A stretch of DNA of 64,000 bases from an uncultured archaeon (GTDB lineage Archaea > Asgardarchaeota > Thorarchaeia > Thorarchaeales > Thorarchaeaceae): assembly GCA_964590575.1 (NCBI GenBank), contig CAZPWM010000001.1, forward strand, positions 8,832 to 72,831. The letters run 5' to 3'. The number at the start of each line of letters is the position of its first letter. The stretch's first letter is position 1. The position numbers and the translations under genes were made by a program. Under the pieces are notes generated by a model, which saw only the letters and a list, made by a program, of their open reading frames with translations, ran no database searches and was not told the origin of the DNA. Positions 1-9,456 of the stretch are shown one piece after another.

Positions 1-602
1 GCACCCTCATCATCTCCCATTAGATAGAGGGGATGTCCACAACAGAACTCCTCTGACCCCATGACGAGATAGTCCACTTCGAGTTTCTCAAGTGTTTGGA
101 AGAGTGACTTCAACACGTCAATCTGACTCCCTCTAAATGACATCAGACAACCGAGAAACACCATGACCTCTGCAGTCTTGCCTTTCTCATAGACTCTGTC
201 CTCAAGACCAGGAATATCATCTTCGAGCTCATCAAGCCAGTAGACAGCTCGGTCCTCAGCAGCAAGACCATAAATGTTCTTCACGTTTGAGAGCGCATCC
301 TGAAGAGGCTCAAGGTAATCAAATTCGTCGGGATGGGTTTCTATAGCTTTAGATCTCTGTTCGTGCCAGATTTTGAGGAGGTCAACTCCTGATGAACAAG
401 CTTCTTCACAGCGCCCGCAGAGTGAACACTGGAACAAGAGCCGTCTGAATTCCTTGCCCAGTTCTTTGTCATCCTCAATCTGGTCCATCACTTGAAGCAG
501 GTACATTTTCCCTCTTGGGGAAAACTGCTCCTCACCAGTTGCATCAAATATCGGACACAATTGCAGACATGAACCACAACGGACACATTTGTCACAGGAC
601 AT
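1..602 (-). CDS. Fe-S oxidoreductase, HdrD/GlcF-like (two 4Fe-4S ferredoxin motifs plus CCG cysteine-rich domain); 3' partial, runs off window start
   Basis: Reverse-strand translation from ATG at 600-602 gives MSCDKCVRCGSCLQLCPIFD...CSLCGRCEEAC...FLGCLMS...EEFCCGHPLYLMGDD: CxxCxxCxxxCP x2 then CCG motif; not in ORF track because truncated. Confidence 0.6.
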   Translation of the reverse strand, partial: MSCDKCVRCGSCLQLCPIFDATGEEQFSPRGKMYLLQVMDQIEDDKELGKEFRRLLFQCSLCGRCEEACSSGVDLLKIWHEQRSKAIETHPDEFDYLEPLQDALSNVKNIYGLAAEDRAVYWLDELEDDIPGLEDRVYEKGKTAEVMVFLGCLMSFRGSQIDVLKSLFQTLEKLEVDYLVMGSEEFCCGHPLYLMGDDEG

Positions 603-797
603 TTCTGATTCTCCAGAGGATTTAGCGAGTCTATTACACTATGTAAGAATGCTCACCGAGTTCGATGGGCGAATTTTCCATTTCTTAATAATGTAGCGCA
701 ATGGATTCAAGTTATTGAGATAAAATACACGAAATGATTGCGGCAAAAGATAGAAGGTGTCCTCCCTGAAACATCAGGGGGGAACCTGTTAGTAGAA

Positions 798-2156
798 TTA
801 GATAGGAGCCTTCGAAATAAAGCCTTTCTCGTAAAGCATTTCAGAGGCTCCACGAGCACGTTTTATGATTTTCTCAGCATGTTGGTAGAGGTCTTTCTCT
901 TCCCAATGTTTCTTTGCAATACCCTGCTCAATGGCCTTCATACCAACAGCTGTAGCTTCAGCAGGATATAGCTCCCACTGGTCCATCGTCGGTATGACTT
1001 TACGGACATTAGCTTCTTTCGCACCGAGGTCAGCTAATGCTTGAGCTGCAGCAATACACATCTCATCAGTGATTGTGCTTGCCCTCACATCGAGAGTTCC
1101 GCGGAAGATTCCAGGGAATCCAAGCGAGTTATTGATCTGGTTATCAAAATCTGATCTGCCAGTTCCAACAATTCGAGCTCCTGCATCCTTGGCATCCCAT
1201 GGCCAGATTTCAGGTAGTGGATTCGCACAAGCGTAGACAATCGAGTCGGTTGCCATCGATTCAATCCATTCTTTCTTTACAGTACCCGGTACAGGTCGTG
1301 AAGCAGTGATGAGTACATCCATTCCTTCAATGACTTCGCCCATATCACCAGTATGTCGTTCTGGATTTGTCTTCTGAGCCAAATCATATTTGAAGGTATC
1401 ATAGTCCTTTTCCTTTACGATATCTTCACGGTCCGCATAGATAGCTCCTTGGGTGTCGACCATGATGATGTTCTTTGGATCAACTCCCGCTGCTATCAAC
1501 AAGTATGCTGTACGAGTATTTGCAGCACCGACACCAAGAAATGCTACTTTGATATTCTCGATGTCCTTCTTGACAACATTCAATCCACCGAGTACGCCAG
1601 CTAGAACTACTGTGGCTGTTCCCTGAGCATCGTCATGCCAAACTGGGATTTTGACATCCGGATCGTGTCTCAGTTCCTCTAGAACCTTGTAACATTTTGG
1701 CTTGGAGATATCCTCAAGGTTGATACCACCAAATGAAGGTTGTAGGAGTTTAACAAACTCAATGATTTTATCAGGGTCTTTCGTGTCGACACAAATCGGC
1801 CATGCATCCACACCACCGAGGTACTTGAAGAGAATTGACTTCCCTTCCATAACAGGACCTGCTGCGAGAGGACCGATATCACCTAGACCGAGAACTCGGG
1901 TACCATCGCTTACAACTGCGACCATGTTCCCCTTGTTCAGATGTTCGTACGCCATCTCGGGATTATCTTTGATGTCCAGGCATGGTTTAGCCACACCAGG
2001 AGTATACCAGATTGCGAAGTCTGAGAAATCCCGAACCGGACATTTACCAATACTCATAATCTTGCCTTGGTAAAATGGGTGAAGGACCATAGCGTCCTTC
2101 CCTGGTTTCTCAGCCTTTTTCTTCAACTCTTCGACAGAGAGCTTTTCTTCAGACAT
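798..2156 (-). CDS. NAD(P)-dependent malic enzyme (malate dehydrogenase, oxaloacetate-decarboxylating)
   Basis: 452 aa; typical malic enzyme motifs (GLGDIGPLAAGPVMEGK, FLGVGAANTRTAYLL Rossmann); full-length small-type malic enzyme. Confidence 0.9.
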   Translation of the reverse strand: MSEEKLSVEELKKKAEKPGKDAMVLHPFYQGKIMSIGKCPVRDFSDFAIWYTPGVAKPCLDIKDNPEMAYEHLNKGNMVAVVSDGTRVLGLGDIGPLAAGPVMEGKSILFKYLGGVDAWPICVDTKDPDKIIEFVKLLQPSFGGINLEDISKPKCYKVLEELRHDPDVKIPVWHDDAQGTATVVLAGVLGGLNVVKKDIENIKVAFLGVGAANTRTAYLLIAAGVDPKNIIMVDTQGAIYADREDIVKEKDYDTFKYDLAQKTNPERHTGDMGEVIEGMDVLITASRPVPGTVKKEWIESMATDSIVYACANPLPEIWPWDAKDAGARIVGTGRSDFDNQINNSLGFPGIFRGTLDVRASTITDEMCIAAAQALADLGAKEANVRKVIPTMDQWELYPAEATAVGMKAIEQGIAKKHWEEKDLYQHAEKIIKRARGASEMLYEKGFISKAPI

Positions 2157-2300
2157 AATGTGCGCCTCTTTGTCTTCAATATACGAGCTATACTCACTCG
2201 CGAAGTGAGTTGAAGCTGAAGAAGTTTCGGTTTAAGTGTATCCGTCTGGTGCATTATCACGACAGCAGGAAAACACTCACACAACCGCGAACACATCGTC

Positions 2301-2312
2301 TTATTAATAAAA
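2301..2312 (+). promoter_or_regulatory. TATA-box-like element (TTATTAATAAAA) ~21 nt upstream of ATG 2333
   Basis: AT-rich octamer at archaeal TATA distance from the first conserved Met of the SagB-type gene; implies leaderless or near-leaderless transcript. Confidence 0.4.
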
Positions 2313-2332
2313 CAACAAACCAATGCTGGTTT

Positions 2333-3070
2333 ATGCCCGGAGTTGGTGATGAGTTTCATAGCTCAACAAAGTATGAGAGAGGTAAACTGCCTGGTCACCA
2401 GTTGGACTGGAGCACTAAGCCGTCGGTATACAAAAAGTACCCAGAGGCTGAGAAGATTGATCTCCCTCCGCCAGTGGTACAGGGTGGACCTGGTCTCTGG
2501 GAAATCCTAAGAACTCGAAGAAGCGTCCGTGCTTATACTCGAGATGCCATAAGCATTGAGGATTTATCTCAGATTCTTTGGGCCACACAAGGAATCACAG
2601 ATTCTATTGGCGACCATCACCTTAGAACCGCTCCCTCCGCTGGAGCTCTTTATCCCATAGAGACCTATCTCTTGATCAACCGAGTTGACGGTTTCAAATC
2701 TGGTCTATACCATTATGATGCTGAAACTCATCAACTTGACGTTCTCAAACTTGGTGACTATTCTCGAGAGGTCAGGGCAGGTGCGCTGGACCAACAAATA
2801 GCTGAACGAGCTTCAGTAGTATTCATTTGGAGCGCTATATTCCAGAGGTCTAAATGGAAGTATCTCCAACGAGCATATCGCTACATATTCCTAGATGCTG
2901 CTCATATAGCACAGAATCTTGCCTTAGCAGCTGAAGGTCTTGGTTTGGGAAGTTGCCAGATTGGTGCTATTTATGATGATTATTTGAACGAGCTAATGGG
3001 TTTTGACATCTCTGAAGAGAGTGTAATCTACTTGAGCAGTGTCGGGAAACCAACCAAGACCATTCAGTGA
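2333..3070 (+). CDS. SagB-type dehydrogenase domain / nitroreductase-family protein
   Basis: RTAPSAGALYPIE signature of SagB-type dehydrogenase domain, nitroreductase fold C-terminal region; ORF-track start 2210 has an implausible basic N-extension, ATG 2333 sits behind a TATA-like box. Confidence 0.8.
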   Translation: MPGVGDEFHSSTKYERGKLPGHQLDWSTKPSVYKKYPEAEKIDLPPPVVQGGPGLWEILRTRRSVRAYTRDAISIEDLSQILWATQGITDSIGDHHLRTAPSAGALYPIETYLLINRVDGFKSGLYHYDAETHQLDVLKLGDYSREVRAGALDQQIAERASVVFIWSAIFQRSKWKYLQRAYRYIFLDAAHIAQNLALAAEGLGLGSCQIGAIYDDYLNELMGFDISEESVIYLSSVGKPTKTIQ

Positions 3071-3072
3071 TA

Positions 3073-3543
3073 CTATAGTTTCAGTCCCCAGTAATTCACG
3101 ATTTGTTCAGCATGTTCCCTGGACCTGACTTTGTCTAATCCTTCAGACCCTCCAAAGATGGCTTCTATCTTTCCATCCTCGCTTATCAAGTATGTAATCC
3201 GCTTAACTCCCATTCCGAGGATATCCAGTTTACTATAAGCACCATATAATTTCGCAATTTCAAGGTCTTCATCCATCAAGATATTGAATGGAAGACGGTG
3301 CTTTGCTCTGAACTTTTGATGGAGCTCAGCTGTGCCTCCTGAAACCCCAAAGATTGGAATCCCGGAGCCTTCGAAAAGCTCATAGCTATCTCGAATTGAG
3401 CATGCTTCAGCAGTACATCCTGGAGTGAAGTCTTTAGGATAGAAATAAAGAACCAACTTCTTTCCTCTGTACTCACTCAGTATGAATTTCCTACCTTCGT
3501 CGTCTTCGGTTTCGAAATCTGGAGCTTCTTCGCCTATCTGCAA
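3073..3543 (-). CDS. bcp: Peroxiredoxin, Bcp/PrxQ family (thiol peroxidase)
   Basis: APDF..., FYPKDFTPGCTAEACS peroxidatic Cys motif, 156 aa. Confidence 0.85.
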   Translation of the reverse strand: MQIGEEAPDFETEDDEGRKFILSEYRGKKLVLYFYPKDFTPGCTAEACSIRDSYELFEGSGIPIFGVSGGTAELHQKFRAKHRLPFNILMDEDLEIAKLYGAYSKLDILGMGVKRITYLISEDGKIEAIFGGSEGLDKVRSREHAEQIVNYWGLKL

Positions 3544-3557
3544 TACTACAATACCCC

Positions 3558-4040
3558 CTACAACTTTAGGTTCCAGAATTTGATGACTTGGTCCGCATGT
3601 TCCTTGGTCTTGACCTTCTCGATTCCTTCTGAGCCACCATAAATTCCCTCAATTCTTCCCTTCTCGTCAATTAGGAAGGTTGTTCGTTCAATACCCATGT
3701 ACTCTTTTCCGTACATGCTCTTTTTCTTATAGACATCATAGAGCTTGGCAAGATCAAACTTCTCATCCATCAACAGTGGAAATGGCAGTTCGTTCTTTTC
3801 TTTGAAGCTCTTATGTGACTTCTCAGTGCCGCCCGACACTCCAAATACAGGTATGTCTGATTTCTTAAACACGTCATAGTTGTCACGAATCGAGCACGCT
3901 TCAGCCTGACATCCTGAGGTGTTATCCTTTGGATAGAAGTACAGGAAGACTTTCTTCCCCTTGAAACTACTGAGTTTGATTTTCTCTCCACTCTCTGTTG
4001 TTGTCGTAAAATCTGGTGCTTTATCGCCTATCTTGAGCAA
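3558..4040 (-). CDS. bcp: Peroxiredoxin, Bcp/PrxQ family (tandem paralog)
   Basis: FYPKDNTSGCQAEACS; ~50% identical to adjacent 3073..3543 product. Confidence 0.85.
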   Translation of the reverse strand: MLKIGDKAPDFTTTTESGEKIKLSSFKGKKVFLYFYPKDNTSGCQAEACSIRDNYDVFKKSDIPVFGVSGGTEKSHKSFKEKNELPFPLLMDEKFDLAKLYDVYKKKSMYGKEYMGIERTTFLIDEKGRIEGIYGGSEGIEKVKTKEHADQVIKFWNLKL

Positions 4041-4177
4041 TGAATTCTCATCCCCTTAAAATTAACAATAATTAACATAAATAGTTACATTTCTAATAAT
4101 AAATATTTGCATACTACTATGACCTTTAGCAATCCTTAAAGAGCAAGTAACATGCTGAGCCTATTGACTTAGGCGGA

Positions 4178-5197
4178 GTGAAGATGGCAGATAGCATCAT
4201 AACCTACAAGTCGTTGACAAAGGTCTACGCGACCATATTCATTGGTACGCTTCTTTTCGTAGTGCTAGGTTACTTCGTCGCAGATCTTTTCCTTCCTTCT
4301 ACGACTTGGGATTGGGTTATTGTACTTTTGTTCTTCATCGGGCTACCCGTGTTAGTCGCTAGTTTAGGATTCTACGTGGGATGGATTGGGAAGAAATCTG
4401 CCATTGAATATACAGATCCCACTTGGGACGTTGAACCAGTTCAGATGACGATTGATGATGCCAAGGCACTCGTCAAACGTAACAAACGCCAATATTGGAG
4501 AATGGTTTCTAACAGTAGTTATTGGACATTCTTCATCCCCATTGTGCTACTCCTGTTCATGGCTGGGTTGCCTGTTTACATATTCTTTGAGTCTCCTGAC
4601 CTTGCCGGATTTGACTCATTGATTTTTTCTCTATCCCTCTCCCTTGCATATCTTATCTCTTCAATTGGTGCTCTTCTAGCCACATCAAACGCAGCCACTG
4701 AAGACTTCGACATTCCTCTGGTACGGGAAGCTATTGCCCTTGCCAAAGCTCAAGAAAAAATAGCTGGCTTGTCTCATGTTCGTGTAGTTTTTGACAAAGG
4801 CAAATTAGATGGCTACAATATCTACGAGAGTCCAAGGGTTGTTTCCCGAATCGCTAGTATAGAAAAGGACGCATACATCGAATCATGGGCTGAGGATCTT
4901 CATGCTTTGACACGTGTACTTTGCAGACTTCATGAATCAGATAGCAACCCACAAGTTGTCTGGTGGTGGATATCCAGAGATCGTAATTTCCGCAAGTTTA
5001 TTGGAACGGATGAGAAGGGCTATTATGTCAGACTACCAGTTCACTCCAAAATGAAGAATCCCGGAGTCAAAGATATCGCTGCTGTTTTTAAAAATGCAGT
5101 AGCAATAATCATCTTAGAATGGTTACAAACTCGTGGTGAGAATAAAGATCTCTCTGGTATTCTCAAGGAGCTTGACGCATTTCCTCATGAGGGATAG
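4178..5197 (+). CDS. Membrane protein, 4 TM + C-terminal soluble domain (paralog family member 1)
   Basis: Two hydrophobic hairpins; conserved IEYTDPTWD and QYWR motifs shared with next two genes. Confidence 0.6.
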   Translation: MKMADSIITYKSLTKVYATIFIGTLLFVVLGYFVADLFLPSTTWDWVIVLLFFIGLPVLVASLGFYVGWIGKKSAIEYTDPTWDVEPVQMTIDDAKALVKRNKRQYWRMVSNSSYWTFFIPIVLLLFMAGLPVYIFFESPDLAGFDSLIFSLSLSLAYLISSIGALLATSNAATEDFDIPLVREAIALAKAQEKIAGLSHVRVVFDKGKLDGYNIYESPRVVSRIASIEKDAYIESWAEDLHALTRVLCRLHESDSNPQVVWWWISRDRNFRKFIGTDEKGYYVRLPVHSKMKNPGVKDIAAVFKNAVAIIILEWLQTRGENKDLSGILKELDAFPHEG

Positions 5198-5199
5198 TA

Positions 5200-6126
5200 T
5201 TGACGGAAGGTCCTATCAGAACCGCGTCATTCTTGAACTATCAGATACTAATTTTCATTGTCGTTTTTGTGTGGGCTTTGATGGGTTTCGAAATTGCCCA
5301 ATATCAGCTACTTACTCTGTATGAAACTCCATACACTTGGATTGCTTGGGCTGTCTTTGCCTTAGTGAGTGTTATTCCCGCCATCACAGCTGTCACTTGG
5401 AGAATGAAGGCTCGGGTCAGTTTTATTGAACCAGAATGGGATTTCAGAGAAAGAGAGATTTCTTTGTCCGAGTACGAGCAAATGATGAAGCAGTATCTCA
5501 ACCAGTATCGAAACTTCCTATCATTTGTTGATTCTCGTCTAATTGCTTTAGCTTGCTTCCTCTCTGTATCTGCTGTAGCATTCCCCTTTCTCCTCATGAG
5601 AACCACAATTATTCTAATCGCTGCAACCCCTGTTATCTTCGGTTTTTTCATCCTCATTTTTGGGCTTGTCAATTCCTCAATAATCTTCAAATTCATACCA
5701 AATGAAGCAACTCTTCATTTTCCCGTTGTACCAGAGAAGATTCTACGTCCATCGATTAGAATTATGCAGACAACATCTGGCATTTCATGGGCTGGAGTGA
5801 GTGTGTTGCTGGGTGAGGCGTCTGGCTACTACACGGTTCGTAAACCCACACCTATATCTCGAATTGAAGGCATTGAGAGTGCTGCCAAAATCCATTGCAT
5901 AATTGACGAATTTGGCAATGTTTCAAAAGTCGTTTCTACGCTATCTCTTGATGATTCTGATACATTAAACATTATTAGCGAGGCCTCCGGCGAGATCTCT
6001 CATAAACAGATTACAGAAATAGTGTACAAGACTCTTCAAGCATACATCAAGGCAAGAGGTCCGGATGAGTTCTTGGATGAAGTACTTGAAGAAGTGACAT
6101 CCTTTCTGAAGAGGTTCAATGGCTAA
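5200..6126 (+). CDS. Membrane protein, 4 TM + C-terminal soluble domain (paralog family member 2)
   Basis: Same architecture; FIEPEWDF / QYRNF motifs; 2-nt gap to upstream gene. Confidence 0.6.
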   Translation: MTEGPIRTASFLNYQILIFIVVFVWALMGFEIAQYQLLTLYETPYTWIAWAVFALVSVIPAITAVTWRMKARVSFIEPEWDFREREISLSEYEQMMKQYLNQYRNFLSFVDSRLIALACFLSVSAVAFPFLLMRTTIILIAATPVIFGFFILIFGLVNSSIIFKFIPNEATLHFPVVPEKILRPSIRIMQTTSGISWAGVSVLLGEASGYYTVRKPTPISRIEGIESAAKIHCIIDEFGNVSKVVSTLSLDDSDTLNIISEASGEISHKQITEIVYKTLQAYIKARGPDEFLDEVLEEVTSFLKRFNG

Positions 6127-7168
6127 TGCAACCAACAATTATCGTAGAGCTTATCACTGCTTATGTTCTGATTTTGTTGAGGGAAGGTTTGGATTGAACG
6201 ATGAAGCTATCATTGATTATAGTCGGCAAGGTAAGGTAAACCGAGCGTTCGCAATTCTAGCAGTACTCTTCTCAGTTGTAGGAATTGTGATGAATTATAT
6301 GAACCTCTATGATTTCAACAAATTACTAGTGTTTATTGCTATGCCCACAGTCCTATTCGTTGTATCGCTAGGAATGGGAGGAGGGTCCAAGAAATCTATT
6401 GATTATATCCCTGGTGAATGGGAAAAGAAAAAGACCTGGGTAAGTTTCACCGATTATGATAATATGGTGGAGCAGTATGAGGATGCCTATGGTGAGCTAT
6501 ACTCAAATCCCGGCGATTTCCTGACCTGTTGTTGCTCACTCGTCTTTATTCTCATCTTCGGATTTCTTATACTACTGTCCCAATCGATGAGCATAATTCT
6601 CCTCAATCCATCACTCGACCCAATTATTTTCATTGTTCTTGAATACAGTATAGTTGCTGTGGCAGGTTTTGTTATTGGTTTCCGGATTCCATCAATTGAT
6701 GCACAGGATTTCTTCAAACGACCGATAAAGGGTGATGTATACAATTTCGCAAGATTCCTTGCGGGTGTTCCTGGCATCAGGGCAGGCATGAATGTTGAGC
6801 TGGGGGTTCGGTCAGGGGTTCAAACAATTATGGAATCTGAAGTCAAGGCTTATGTCCAGAACCTTCCTGAAACAGTCCAAATCCAAGTACAGGTTTCGCA
6901 TTCAGGTTTTGCATATCCATATCTTGTAGGTACGGCTTACAAGGGTGGTCGCATAACCCCCCATGAAGACACATTTCGAATTGGGACGAAATATCCAGCC
7001 CATGTTGAGTATTCAATGGATAAGGATGTCATGGTGATAGTAGCTCGTTTTGATATTCCTGAGCGTACAAGCAGTGTCCCTCACATATCGATGAGTGATT
7101 TCAGGGAGCTAGCAGCCTTACTTGCTGCTGAATTGAAGGATTACTATAATCCAAAGGGGTCGACATAG
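6119..7168 (+). CDS. Membrane protein, 4 TM + C-terminal soluble domain (paralog family member 3)
   Basis: Same architecture; IDYIPGEWE / QYEDAY motifs; start overlaps upstream stop by 8 nt. Confidence 0.6.
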   Translation: MANATNNYRRAYHCLCSDFVEGRFGLNDEAIIDYSRQGKVNRAFAILAVLFSVVGIVMNYMNLYDFNKLLVFIAMPTVLFVVSLGMGGGSKKSIDYIPGEWEKKKTWVSFTDYDNMVEQYEDAYGELYSNPGDFLTCCCSLVFILIFGFLILLSQSMSIILLNPSLDPIIFIVLEYSIVAVAGFVIGFRIPSIDAQDFFKRPIKGDVYNFARFLAGVPGIRAGMNVELGVRSGVQTIMESEVKAYVQNLPETVQIQVQVSHSGFAYPYLVGTAYKGGRITPHEDTFRIGTKYPAHVEYSMDKDVMVIVARFDIPERTSSVPHISMSDFRELAALLAAELKDYYNPKGST

Positions 7169-7234
7169 ACACCTTTAATTATGCGATTTTCAGGCTGAGG
7201 GCGTGTCTAGAGCATGCTAGGAAGTGGGTATTGA

Positions 7235-7528
7235 ATGGCTTCAGGTAATTGGACAAACAAATGGGTTCTGATTCTGATTCTTGGGATACTGATTCAATTG
7301 ATTATCTACCCAGCTGTTTGGGTCTTTCAGCTCTTCACTCATGATTACTTCCCTGATGTTGTTCTAATTTCGCTAATCTCAATAGTCATTCAGATTGGTG
7401 GTTTCTACACCATAATGAACAAGACCCAAGGAATGGATCCCGCAATCTATAGCCAAGGTCGGCCATTTCAGCACAAACTCCGTGAGGAGGATGAGGATGT
7501 GGCAACACGAAAACCAACCTTTGATTAA
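7235..7528 (+). CDS. Small membrane protein (2 TM)
   Basis: 97 aa, two hydrophobic helices, in-operon position. Confidence 0.45.
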   Translation: MASGNWTNKWVLILILGILIQLIIYPAVWVFQLFTHDYFPDVVLISLISIVIQIGGFYTIMNKTQGMDPAIYSQGRPFQHKLREEDEDVATRKPTFD

Positions 7529-7530
7529 TA

Positions 7531-8394
7531 TTGGAGCGGAATAACGTGGAAGAACAAACCAATGAACCAGGTCCTGTAATGAAGTTTGTCCAAGACTATC
7601 GATTAAAGATGTTGATACCTGAACTACTAGTTGTGTTCGGGGTTTGGTATTTCCTCCCGATTCTAGATTCTTCGTTCAGTCCTATGGCTGGTAATGTGTA
7701 TCAGAACTTTGGATTATTCCAGTACATCTTTCAACCATTGTTCTTCCTTCCTTCAGGATTGGTAGTTCTAGCAACTGCTTTCACACTTCATGGCATTTAT
7801 CCACTTGATAACTATCACGAAGGTAAGATTCCTGAGCTTCCCAGAGCTGCAGTTATCATGATTGCACTCTCGTTTATCTTACTACCCGTTCTTGTAGCAT
7901 TCCAGATGCTTGGATACTACATGACCGAGATGACTGAGTTCATCAGCAGGAACCCACTCTGGGAGCGAGTAGAGAGTGTTGGAGACCTTCTGTTCTATGC
8001 AGGTCCGATGTTCTTCGTTGGTCTCCAATGGTGGCTCTTGATTCCAGTGTTTTTCCTTGCACAGGGAGTTGATGGAATTCACAAGATTGCGCACCATGAA
8101 ACATCAAGTGAGAAAATTACTTGGATCTTCTATTTCCTATGGCCTATGTCAATGCCATTCTTTTTCGATTCTGTTGAGATAATGGCGATGGTTGCATTGT
8201 CTATTCCTGCCTTTGCATTCTATTCCTACATTAGACCTTACTACACGTACGTGACCTCAATACACACAGTATCGTTTGCAGTGCTACTCAGCTTGGCAGT
8301 GATTCTGGTGCCATTCTTACCATTGATGAACTTCTGGTTCCCGGGATTCATTCCGCCACACATCCCTCCACGTGCCATACCGTGGCCTTTCTGA
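7531..8394 (+). CDS. Polytopic integral membrane protein (about 7 TM)
   Basis: 287 aa, multiple hydrophobic segments, 2-nt gap from upstream gene. Confidence 0.55.
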   Translation: MERNNVEEQTNEPGPVMKFVQDYRLKMLIPELLVVFGVWYFLPILDSSFSPMAGNVYQNFGLFQYIFQPLFFLPSGLVVLATAFTLHGIYPLDNYHEGKIPELPRAAVIMIALSFILLPVLVAFQMLGYYMTEMTEFISRNPLWERVESVGDLLFYAGPMFFVGLQWWLLIPVFFLAQGVDGIHKIAHHETSSEKITWIFYFLWPMSMPFFFDSVEIMAMVALSIPAFAFYSYIRPYYTYVTSIHTVSFAVLLSLAVILVPFLPLMNFWFPGFIPPHIPPRAIPWPF

Positions 8395-8418
8395 CATAGT
8401 TGAGAATGTGTCTAGCAA

Positions 8419-9456
8419 TTACCTTGAGGATTCAAGAGTCTGCAAGAAGATCTCTTGGAATTTAGAACTCTCCTCATGAATCTTTCTTGAGAGTTCTGGA
8501 CTTGCACCTGAGAGACCACATTGTGTGGATACCATCGTGTTCCTTTCCACTAGGTCCAAGTCAACACCACTTTCTTTCAACAACCGAAAACTCTGTTTCA
8601 GATTAATTGAAAGGGTTTCTAGAATCGATTTCGAGTACGAGTTATCAACATTAGGTAGTGCACCAAGGGCAAGCCCGCCCCCATGCTTCATGAACTCATT
8701 CATTTTCTTTGCCTGTTCCTGCTTAACTTCCGGAGGATATCGGACCAAATCAATATGTGCAAGTTTTGGTTTGCTTTCCCAAAGAGGATACCATCCATCG
8801 AAATTCAATATGCGCCAATCATCACAATAATGGAAAGCTGGGATAACACTCTTAGGATAGACACTATCTGTTTTGTTAATTATTTCTTTCAGAGTGAGTC
8901 CTGGTACAAGTCCTTGATTGATCATCTCAAACACGTGTCCCAAGCTTGGGTCATCTTGGCAAAGAATTAGTGAGTCACAGAACTTGCTTAGGTATTCGAC
9001 CTGACCGATCGCAATCCGTTTCATCAGTCTATGAAAGAAATAGAACATATTCTGAGTAATATGCTGTTTGCCGCTACTATCTCTAATAGTATAGCACATC
9101 GTGGCTGGTGCTGTCTGTTGCGTTTTAAAGATAGGATACATTGTTCCATCCATCATTAAATAGTGACTATGTCCGTGTTCTTTATCCAGCATCAGTGGTC
9201 CATCGTTACTTACCATCTCCCGATATGTATGAATGTCGACATCGAGAACGAAGTTCCCCTTTTCTTCAAATTCCTCCACCAAGACCGCAAACTGTCTTAT
9301 CATATCCTCTTCACGTAAGGCTGTTATACTGTACGAATATGGAAGATTCAATTTCTTCACATAATCAACAGGTATTGATGGATTTGGTTCACCTAGACTA
9401 CCCACTCCAAAGAACTGACCTGCCAAATCTTTTGGAAGGCAACTTTCCAGTTTCAA
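8419..9456 (-). CDS. Hypothetical protein, possibly cobalamin-independent methionine-synthase (MetE C-terminal)/URO-D-like fold
   Basis: 345 aa; C-terminal ...VSTQCGLSGASPEL resembles MetE-like zinc-site region; weak. Confidence 0.45.
   Translation of the reverse strand: MKLESCLPKDLAGQFFGVGSLGEPNPSIPVDYVKKLNLPYSYSITALREEDMIRQFAVLVEEFEEKGNFVLDVDIHTYREMVSNDGPLMLDKEHGHSHYLMMDGTMYPIFKTQQTAPATMCYTIRDSSGKQHITQNMFYFFHRLMKRIAIGQVEYLSKFCDSLILCQDDPSLGHVFEMINQGLVPGLTLKEIINKTDSVYPKSVIPAFHYCDDWRILNFDGWYPLWESKPKLAHIDLVRYPPEVKQEQAKKMNEFMKHGGGLALGALPNVDNSYSKSILETLSINLKQSFRLLKESGVDLDLVERNTMVSTQCGLSGASPELSRKIHEESSKFQEIFLQTLESSR

Noticed and set aside
738-971. 77-aa + strand ORF
   Set aside because: It lies antisense inside the malic enzyme 3' region, has no protein-like motifs, and reflects shadow-frame periodicity.
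1353-2073. Three ORFs (1353..1604 +, 1679..1882 -, 1702..2073 +) inside the malic enzyme gene
   Set aside because: They are alternative-frame or antisense ORFs of a confidently called, full-length malic enzyme. Their products are low-complexity Ser/Arg-rich sequences.
2210-2332. N-terminal extension of the SagB-type dehydrogenase ORF
   Set aside because: The extension is basic and His-rich with no homology-like features. A TATA-like box lies inside it at the right spacing for the ATG at 2333.
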